DNA of 64,000 bases from a virus. The stretch lies in the IMG/VR virus record IMGVR_UViG_3300032315_001401, positions 96,001-160,000 of that record; one strand, written 5' to 3'. The notes under the pieces were generated by a model that was given only the letters and a program-made list of their open reading frames with translations, was not told where the DNA came from and did no database searches. The position numbers were made by a program, and so were the translations under genes. Every line of letters begins with the position of its first letter. Position 1 is the stretch's first letter. Below are positions 10,605 to 21,200 of this stretch, piece after piece.

Positions 10605-12173
10605 TTAGAATTCCAGGATAATTTTAATGTCTTCTTTTTGTCTAATATTACGAGATACAAGAGGTCTGTTATCAATGTAAATAATATCTCCTGTTTTTTT
10701 ATTTATTTCGGGATTTGCAAGACCATTTGTGAAATTTACGCCAAGATTGATAATTGAATTATTTACTGTAGTTGTAATTCCGGAGAAAGAAGATATTTGA
10801 CCGGAAAAACCACTTGTTCCACCAACCACATTTCCCCCAGAAGCACTAAAATCAATATTTGCTTTTGCTTCTGTTGAAACTCCAACATAATCAGTTTGAT
10901 CGTGTGTGGAACCGTAATATAAAGATCTATCTCTGAAGTATTTTAAAACTTTCGTATCTGAATCATATGATGCAACATATCCAACAGCAATGCCGGTGGA
11001 TACTGTCTGATTGATTTTTTCTCCAACTTCAGGTAAGAAGGCATTTACAGAATTAAACTGCATAGCATACAAACCTGAAAACTCTCCTCCACTAAAAGTT
11101 TCTGTAGATATAAAAGTTGTTGGATTCTTTAAAATTCCAATCTGACAAAATTTTGTATTAATGGGGAAATCTCTAGTAGAATCATCAAATCTCGCATAGA
11201 TCATTACCCTATCAGCACCAAGTTCTTTATATAAATCAAACCCATGACCTCTAGAAGGCGGTATAATGGGTATTAATTTTGCGGGGTTGCTAATAGTACT
11301 TCCTGGTTGTAGAGAACCCAAATCGACGATTCCATACGTGTATCCGGTGCCTCCAGAAGTTACTGTAGTGTCTGTAATTTCTCCATTGGCGTTTGTTTGG
11401 ACAAATACTCTTCCTCCAGTTCCATTCCCTAAAATATCCACTTCACCTGAAGTGTAATTGGATCCTGCATTTGCAATATAGACTGTTTTAATTTGATTAT
11501 TATTTAATGTCGAATCTCCATTTTCTCTTACTGCAACAATTTGAGAGTCAGTAGATGTTTCCCAATTATTTGGCAATGTTATGTATTCTGTTGAATCAAA
11601 TTTTATAATGTCTGCAGGGGAAACTGTAAACAAATACTTCCACACATATCCGTCTTCTCCAGTTCCAGCTACAGTAGGTTCTAAATCTATAGTTGTTGGT
11701 TCATATTGTGATTGGTTTCCTGTGGTATTAATGCCAGTGGAACCATTTTCTATGCAAATATAAACATTGTAATCGCTATTTAAAACATAGTACTCACAAT
11801 CATAAAGTCTTGCCCGTCTTGAAATAGGAGAAAGATTTTCTATACTATAGTCATGCCTATACATATCATATTTTTTTCCACTAACCCAATCAACTCTTTT
11901 AATAACCCTTCTCATATTTGAAGATGTTACCCTTTTCCCAAAAAGAAGAGTGTCTTCATATTGAGTTAAATAATCTAAATTATCAGTTGGATTTGGAACC
12001 ACACCATTTGTTATTCCCAGACCATCCCAATTAGTATTTCTACCAAACCCAGTATAACGATTTGGATTTGTAAGACCAACCCAAATATAATATGAATTTG
12101 AAGAATTATCTACCGATTCTATAAAATTACTAGCGCTTAAAATTCTAAATTGATCTGTTACAAGTGCAGACAT
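10605..12173 (-). CDS. gp8: Baseplate wedge subunit gp8
   Basis: MSALVTDQFRILSASNF, RVDWVSGKKYDMYRHDY, YVLNSDYNVYICIENG, DGYVWKYLFTV and C-terminal EDIKIILEF. Located after gp7. Confidence 0.9.
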   Translation of the reverse strand: MSALVTDQFRILSASNFIESVDNSSNSYYIWVGLTNPNRYTGFGRNTNWDGLGITNGVVPNPTDNLDYLTQYEDTLLFGKRVTSSNMRRVIKRVDWVSGKKYDMYRHDYSIENLSPISRRARLYDCEYYVLNSDYNVYICIENGSTGINTTGNQSQYEPTTIDLEPTVAGTGEDGYVWKYLFTVSPADIIKFDSTEYITLPNNWETSTDSQIVAVRENGDSTLNNNQIKTVYIANAGSNYTSGEVDILGNGTGGRVFVQTNANGEITDTTVTSGGTGYTYGIVDLGSLQPGSTISNPAKLIPIIPPSRGHGFDLYKELGADRVMIYARFDDSTRDFPINTKFCQIGILKNPTTFISTETFSGGEFSGLYAMQFNSVNAFLPEVGEKINQTVSTGIAVGYVASYDSDTKVLKYFRDRSLYYGSTHDQTDYVGVSTEAKANIDFSASGGNVVGGTSGFSGQISSFSGITTTVNNSIINLGVNFTNGLANPEINKKTGDIIYIDNRPLVSRNIRQKEDIKIILEF

Positions 12174-12194
12174 TTATATAAGTGTTTTTTTTTA

Positions 12195-12202
12195 TATTTA
12201 TA
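12195..12202 (-). promoter_or_regulatory. T4-type late promoter (TATAAATA)
   Basis: Exact reverse-complement match in the gp7-gp8 intergenic gap. Confidence 0.8.
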
Positions 12203-12207
12203 TCATA

Positions 12208-15200
12208 TTACAGGTTCTTTTTGAGAGACCCATTGTTTCTTAATCCATAACCTCTTCTTTGAATTATTGGATAAGTTGATAATCCTGTATTATATGAGAG
12301 TGAAGTAATTCCTACACTTGATGTGTATCCACTCACCCCTATTGAAATTGGATTAATAGATCTAGTAAATCCTGATAATCTTCCCCAAGATAATCTACCT
12401 ACAGGATATTTAAGTGTGCCAGTAGTTGCAATGCCAACAATGGATGTGTTGGATGCAATATTGCAAGTTATGATACCTAATGTAGAATTAATTGCGTGAA
12501 TTTGATAAATGTTATTCGAGAAAGATGTGCTAATGGAAATAATATCAGTATTGCTCGTATTAATGGATGTTACTCCTTGTCCAACAGTAGTTTCAGAAAT
12601 ATAAACGGGATATCCAACCTGTAAATCTGGGAACAAGAATGGATCTCTATCTAAAGTAAATTTAAGTGCTAAAGGAGATCCAATTCCAGTTGTGGTTGCA
12701 ATTCCCACAATGGAAACATCATATCCCTCTACATCGATTATATTAGAAATATTCTCGTATATTGGATCTGGTGATGGAATTAACACCTGTGGAATTATAC
12801 TTTGACTATATCCAAATCCAGGATTTGTGATTGATACTGTTGATAACGAACCATCTACAATACTTATATTTGCTGTTGCCCTAATTCCAACTCCAATTGA
12901 TGGTGGTGATGAAATGCTTGCAGTTACTGATGATCCAATGTATCCACTACCGGGATTATTAATTATTAATGAAGAAATTGTTCCGGATGTAGAAACAACA
13001 GCAGTTACATCAGCAGGTACTAAATCAGATACTTTAGATATTATAGTTGCACTAAAATTAATTGGAGACTCATTTTCATAATTGAATATTGATGAATCAT
13101 CAACAAAGATTTGATTATCTGAATTACTAAAGTTCCTAATAATATTTGCAGTTGGATAAACTTGAGATTCTAAAGAATCTCTAGTCTTATAAACGTTTTC
13201 TCCATTAAGTATTAAATCTGTTTTTTGTTTAGTCCAATAGAGAGGTTTGTTATTAGATTCATCAATTCCCTGACCAGTATATAGATTTGTTTCAATTTTG
13301 TCAGAAGCAGAAACATCATAAATGATTCTCGCATCTTGAGTGATTGTATTTTGAATATTTGCGTTATTACTAAAGATTTGTACAGTATCTCCAATTTTGA
13401 CAGTTTCTGTTACATTAATTTGAATAGTATCCTGATTTCTTGTTCCTCTGTAGAAAAATACTGATATGTTATCTTCAGGGTCTGGTGCTACGGAGAAAGT
13501 AAAGGATGTTCCTCCGCTGAACTGATAAGAACTTCCAGGTTCTTGTAAAACTCCATTAATAAAGATAATAAGCACAGAATCCAAATCTATCAATTGTGAA
13601 TCTGGATCATTTTCATCAAGTTCAAAACTTAAAATTTCTGAATTGTAATAAAGAGGAAATCTTGTTCTTATTCCATCTTGATAATTTTTTATGGAATCTA
13701 TATAATCCAACTCACCAAACTGCCAAGCTGCAAAGGAATCTGTAAATACATCAAGAACAGTTAATTCAAATTCAGATATTGGTGAAGAAAGACCGGAAGC
13801 AGTTACTAAACCAACTGGCTTAAACACGTCACCAATTTTAAATGAATATCCATTTCTCACAATCTTAAATGATTTTACTTCAAATAATGTAGATCCAATT
13901 CCTGTTGCAGTAGAACTTGCACCAACTTCTATATTCAATAAAAGTCCAACCCCAGTATCTGTTGTATTTCCTATTCCAAGACGAGAGACCCCGATTACTG
14001 GCAAGTTTTCATATGATGGTGATGATACATTGACAGTTGGGTTGGTATATCCTGTTCCAGGATTAATAACATTAAATGATAATTTTCCTCCAGCGCCAAC
14101 ATTTGCTGTTATAACAGCACCTGTCCCTATATGACCTGTTTCAGTAATTGCAACGGAAACTGGAGAACGATATCCGGATCCAAGAATATCCATTGTACCA
14201 AGTCCAACGGATACAATAGTTCCGCCAGCACCAACAATGGCAGTTACAGAAGCGCCAACAAGAGGTGCTATACCCAAACCTCCGGTGGAACCGAAAGATA
14301 CAATTATACCGCCACGGGGTAATTGATTTTGGTTAATGTCATATTCTGATTTGAATAATGTGTTATTCGAGGATGTTATTCCGGTAAAAGTAATACTTGT
14401 TGCGCCTGCATTTTCCGATATCAAATAATTATTTGATGAATTATTAAGTGTTGTAGGAGACTGGAAAATATTATTGATAAATACAATTCCATTTCCTCCC
14501 GAAGTTCCTAGTCCTACTGTGTTTATTCCTTGAGAAGTTAAAATAAAAGTTTGTCCAATTCCTGTAAACTGGTCAGAAATATCATCATATATTTGATTGG
14601 ATGTATAATCTTGACGTAAAAACACTCTTCCGTTAAAAGATGCTCTTTCTCTTGGCAAATTAAATTCATTTGGTCCAAGTAAATCTAAAGAATTTCCTCT
14701 AGGCGGTTCAGTAAAGAAAATTTTATTTTTAGAAATATTATATGATCCTCTGTAAATTCTACCAATACTGGTATCCGTATGTACGCCTGCTATAGATCCT
14801 AAAAATCCTCTAGTCACCCCTACAAGAGAAATATTTCCATTAAAAGTAATAGGACCTAAATTTGTAGTGCCTAACCCAACATTGTTTATTTTCATGTATT
14901 CATTATCAATTTTTAATATATCCGTTGGGGTAATTGAACTTATTCCACTTAAAGCAAATATAGTAGATGCTGTTCCTATTTGTCCTCCATTTCCAGATAA
15001 TGTATGTGTTATGTAAGAATAAGAAATAGGACTTTGTACAATATCATTAATCGTAATGATAGATTTCTCATTCTTTTTATACATTTCTAACTGATGAGCA
15101 TTTCCCAAACCAAGGGAAGTAAATGTCACAGCAATTCCTAGATTTGCATATTCTTTTCTTGTAGAAATCCTGAAAGAATCATTAGTATCCTTAATAGCAT

Positions 15201-18200
15201 ACACTACAGATGGGAGTATTGTTGTTACTACACCGACATAATTTGAAGTTGCACCAATTCCCATTGAAGATGTTCCAATTCCTATAAACGTAGAATTTGG
15301 AGTATAGATTAATTGCTCTCCTGTACTAAAGAAATGATTAGGAATTGTAAATACTCCCGTTACTGGATTTAAAATGTCAGTATTTGTTGGGTCAAATGTT
15401 TTCATGAAAATTGGATTCCCTTCATATTCAGCATCAAAATCATATTTGTTAATATTTGAAGAATTTGCTCCAAAATATCTTGCAATTTTAACTGATTGCT
15501 GTACTGGACTATAATTTAAATCTGGTGGAATATTAATAGCATCTAATTCAGTATAAAAAGATTCACTAAATGAAAGTATTTCTAAATTGCCAGAAACTGA
15601 AGGATCTGCATAAAATTTAATTATAAAATTATTTCCAGAAATTTCTGCACCAAATGTTCCTATTCCGGAAGTGCTTCCAATGGATAAAAATGGATATTGA
15701 ATTGAATATGCATCATTGCCATCATTAATTGCCATTATTTGATGTAATGCACTTGTTTGTCCTAATCCAACTTTAACTACAGATTTTGCTGATGTAAATA
15801 AAAACTTATCTAAAACTAAAATACTTGTAGATCCAGATGAAATATTATTAAAGTTGGAGTTGAATACAACAGTTCTTTCATTACCTGCAGATTGTCCGGG
15901 AAGTTTAAATCTATAATTTCCGGCACCAATTGCAGTGGTTCCAAACCCTACATTTTTAGTTCTAATTGTAATTGTTTCTGAAGATGTATTGGTGTAATTT
16001 AGTGATAAAATTCCTCCACTCACTGATGCACCAAATGATCCTATAAATCCATAACTTGTTTCAGATATTTCATCATCAAAATAATATTCGCTAATATAGG
16101 TATTGGTTCCATCATGATTTAGATAAATTTCAACATAATTCATATCAGAACTATCACCATTTGAAATTTGAATATTAGAATAAACCGAAGAATATTTTGA
16201 AGAATTTAAATTAAAGACTGATGTTGTTATGCCGCTAGAAACAATTTTATTTGCAGATATTAAATCTATAAATCCAACATTTTGTGTTGTTCCAACCCCA
16301 GTTTTAGACGTAAATGTATCTTGTAGAATTTTTATATCAAAATCTGAGTTATTGACATCTTGTGGTTCAAATTTGAGATAAAAATTAGAATCACTATCTG
16401 CATATCCTTCAATATCTGCCAATAATGATTGATCTGATAAAGAAGTTAATGATGCCTTTGAAAGAGTAAATATATCCTGGTCATTATTAATTGTTACAAT
16501 TTCACTAAATTGAGCTTCATTGGTGTAAATATTTTGTATTTGTACTAAAAATCTATTGTAATTGTTTCCAGAATTAATTTGGACAATATTGGAAACACTA
16601 GATGTTTCATCATTTTCGCTGGAAAATTCAGAACTTATATCATCTATTTTTAAAACTCTATTCGTTTTGCATAAAATATAATCGGCAAGACGTATATTCC
16701 TAAACTTAATAAATTTTGACCTACTATCCAAAATATCAACATCAACAACCAAATCTAAATTATTAATCCTATCAACTCTAGTATCACTTTCAAATACGTT
16801 TAAAAGTGATAAAGTTGATTCAGTTGTACCTATTCCAGATTGAACATTGTTAATTATTTGAGTATCAGAGAAATTTTTCATTCCACTAATATGTAACAAA
16901 TTATTGACGGGTGTTACAATTTCTTCCCACGTTTTACTACTCTTTACTGAATATGATAAATTTTGATAATAATCATTATCAGAAGTTACTTGAAAATTTT
17001 CATTAAGTTTTCCAGTTTCTGACTTCCAACCAAACTTTTGCAAATTAAAATAGTTAACATTATAAACACCATCAATAAATTTAACAGAATCAATGGTTGC
17101 TTCATTTGAAGACTCTAGTCCTCTTATTCTTTCCCCACTAGAAAGATCATAATTTCCGGAGACTCTAACAAAATTTTCATCACAACTAATAACTGTTAAA
17201 TCTCTAACTATAAAACCGTTTCCACTATCTGATGATAATTTTTCCCCAATTGAAAATGGTGAAAACTTTTGAATAACTTTAAATTGTGGGTAGTAATTAT
17301 AATTAATTATTGTAGCATATGATTCTTGTATTGTTTTTGCTATTCCAGGGTTTGTAGTTAAACCAGATAAACTAAATTCTAATTTTGCGGGATTTAAATT
17401 TTGAAAATTGGTGACTGTAAAGAATTGGTATCCATAATCCGAAGAATTAAAACCATCCCCAGAAGAACCACTTTTTTGAATTCCTTCGGCAAATATTTTA
17501 TCTCCGATTGAAAATGGTGCAGATGTAAACCCTGCTATAGGAGTAGTTAAGAAGCAAGTAACTATTCCTGAAGAAGATTGAATAGTATCTATTGAAATTC
17601 CATTAGAGTTATTAATTGCCCTAATTGTAACCGGATTAATTGGAAGACCCTTTGGTTCATTTTCAATAATAACAGATGTAATTGAAGAACCTGATAAATT
17701 TGCACGTAAAAGTCCAGAGTTGATTATCTCGCCAGTATTGGAATCTATGCAAATCAAATTTGGTGCTGATGTATAATTTTGCCCTCCATTTAAAATATTA
17801 ATATTATCAATTGTATTAGATGAAGATATATACACAAATTTTGGTATTGATGCAGTTGGTCTTAGGGTTTTATCAGATGAATATTCAAAACCTTCGTTTA
17901 CAATTCTCGTTTGGTTTATTTTGCCAATTTGGGATGAAATTGGAACAATAAATGCTCCACTTCCAGTTTCAGTTTCTACTCCACCGAATATTGGCATAGA
18001 TCTATAAGAATACCCTCCAGATAAAAGTTTTACTTTAGAAATTCCACCAATAGATGATGATGAAGTAGTCGAATATTTAAGAATGTCACAATCTTCTCTC
18101 CCATATCTCAAACTCTCTGGAATTTTCTTAAGAGATATCGTAAAAGTAGTGCTTCCAACACTTACAATATTATAATCTCCAGAATATGAACTATTTTCAA

Positions 18201-21200
18201 AAACTATTTCAGAATAATTTACAACATCTTTATCAGTGGTGCTAATATAACCTGCCTTTTCTAAATTATAGTAAAGTTTTTCTGGAATACCATCAGAATA
18301 ATTTAAAGTAAGAGTAGATATTGTGGATACCCCAATAGTTCCAACACCAATAGTAGAAAGAGAATCTGTAGTTGCTATTGAAACAAATTCCTTTTCAAAA
18401 TTTTGATCATAATAGATCTTAAAATCATATCCAAATAATGATGGGTCTGAAAGGTTGAATACTAAATTATTATTTTTAATAACTTTAATTTGTGGATTAA
18501 CTTTACTAATTTTTTGATATCCAGATCCTGTACTACCTATCGAAACAATGATAGGTGGGGAAATAAAGGAATCATACGAAGTTTCACATAGACTTATTGT
18601 ATTTTCATCAACTTTATAAACAAAATAATTTCCGGTTGTCAAACCTATAGGTAAAGTGCCAAGAGACTCGTATAATATTTTGTCTCCTGTATTTAAATTA
18701 TGAGAATTTAGTAAAATTGAATTTGTTGCGGTATTAATACCAGAAGAATTAAAGGATAATGGATTTATAATTATTTTTTTAGTATTGCTATCTAATTTAA
18801 CATTAATAGATGTTGAAGTTCCAATTCCAACTGATAAATCTGGACTAATTTCTAATGATATTTGATCTCCAACTCTTAATTGATGTGAAGTAGATACTGA
18901 AACAACTGAAGATATTTTATTTACTTTTGCTTTAACTTGTGTTAAATTAGATTCTATTGAATAATGATAGTCATCTGTACCGGATGATAAGAAAAATAGA
19001 CCTCCAGTTGTAGTAAGTCCTACATTCGTCGCTATACCAACATAATCTTTTGATTTATTGATAATATAAAATACTTGAGAATTTGCTCTTAAAATATTAA
19101 ATGATGCTCCTCCAGAAGTATTGGAAACTGATATGGCACTGGCAGAAGATGGTTTTCTTAAAATAACCTGTTGATTAGTTTTAAATGGGTGGTTTGGTAA
19201 AAATATACTTTGTGTTGGAATAAAAGTATTGTATGTTGTAATGCCAATATTATAATTTACAGATATTCCTGATCCTGAGGTTGTACCCACACCAACAGAT
19301 TTTGTTGGGTTGAAATAAATTTTTGAGTTAACTTTAGAATCAAACTGATCTAATGTTTTATTTACTATAAATGAATCTGGAAGAAAATATACTGGAGTTG
19401 TTTGCGTATGAGCAACGCCACTACTAGATCTATCTACTTTTATAATTCCAAAATTTTCATAAACATTCAAGACAGAAAATATTTCATTTTCAATTTGAAT
19501 ACTACTTCCGATTGAAATATTTTTAGGAATAGATGTTAAGTAAATATCGGTAACTATTCCTGTTGATGCATAATTAGGAATATTTTTATCAAGAAATGTG
19601 GTATAGGTTGTAAAACCTACCTTATATGATCCATTTAAATTGGAAACCTGCGTTGATAATCCAGATATATTGATATTATCCCCATTCGTAAAGACGTGAT
19701 ATGGGGAAATATATACTTTTATTGCACTCCCATTTTGCCATTCTACGATAGAATCATTATATGAATCTATGGTTGTATTAATATTGATAATTTCTAATCC
19801 ACTTATTTCAGATACTTCTGCACTAATTCCACCACCGCCACTTCTACTGTCATCAAAAATTAATGCCTCACCGACCGAATAATTACTTCCCGACTTAATA
19901 ATATCAAGTCCAGTTACACTTCCGGCAGATACTGATTCTACTATTGTTTTTTGATTTACTATTTCATTTGATTCGATAATAAAATCATTGTCTGCATATT
20001 GATCATTTACTTTATATGGTAAAGTATTTCTAAGCAACTTAGAGTTATTGAAATCAAAATATTGATTCAAATCAATATTTTCTTCTAAATATGGCGATCT
20101 ATATTCATTTCCAATAAAATATGGAAATTTACCTATAAGTTCTCCATCGCGATTAATTTCTGTTGTCGCAAAGTATGCATAAACACCCTCTGGAAAATCT
20201 TTAGTTTTTCCAAATCTTCCATTATATTGATCTAAATCACCATTTCCAGTATAACGATAATCTTCAATAAAATATCCATATGGAAAATCTATTGTAGATG
20301 GTCTATTCTCAATGGTAGTTAAAGAATATCCAGGTTCTAATTTTTTTATTAATGAGTTTTCATTGTTAGGATCAGAATATCCAAATGATCCATAGATTGG
20401 GTTTCCATCATATGCCCATCCAATTATATCAGAATGCTGCCCTAATGTATCTTTATTGTCTCCTATGTTTGTTTTTACATTTTGAGAATATCCAATGACT
20501 GCATATTCCAAATTATTGTTAGTTTCGATTAATACTTCACTAGATGGATTTCTATAAAATTGATTTTGAATTCCATACTTATATGAATTATTAACTGACA
20601 ATTCCCTTACATTTACTTGAATTACTTCATCTTTTCCTGAAGGAATTGCTTTAACAAATGTATTTGTAAAAGTATATCCATATCCAGGATTAATGACTAC
20701 AACATCTACGATCTTATTATCTAAAATTACAGGTCTAGCAATTGCTCCAATACCATCCCCAGTAATAACTAAATCTGGTGTTGAATAATATTCGGACCCA
20801 CCATATAAAACTTGTATATCTGTTATTTTTCCATTAAAAATTGATGGTCTAAATTGAGCACCTTTACCATTTTTAACAACTACTTGTGGTCTTTTATGGA
20901 CGTTTAATATTGCAGAACCATAATCATATCCTTTATCATAAACATACACATCCGAGATACTTCCCTTAATAATTGGAGTCGCATTAATAGCACCCTTAAC
21001 TTGTGTGCTACCAATTCCAACAGATGTATATTCTACACTTATTTCAATATCTGGATATTTAAATATCTGATATCCACTTCCAGTTGATGAAAAATTTACG
21101 TAGTTTTTTCTTTGATAGTTTGAATTATCAGTTCCACCCACACCAGCATTACAAAGTCTAAACGTATCAGAATTTAATTTTAAAATTTTATACTTGGTAG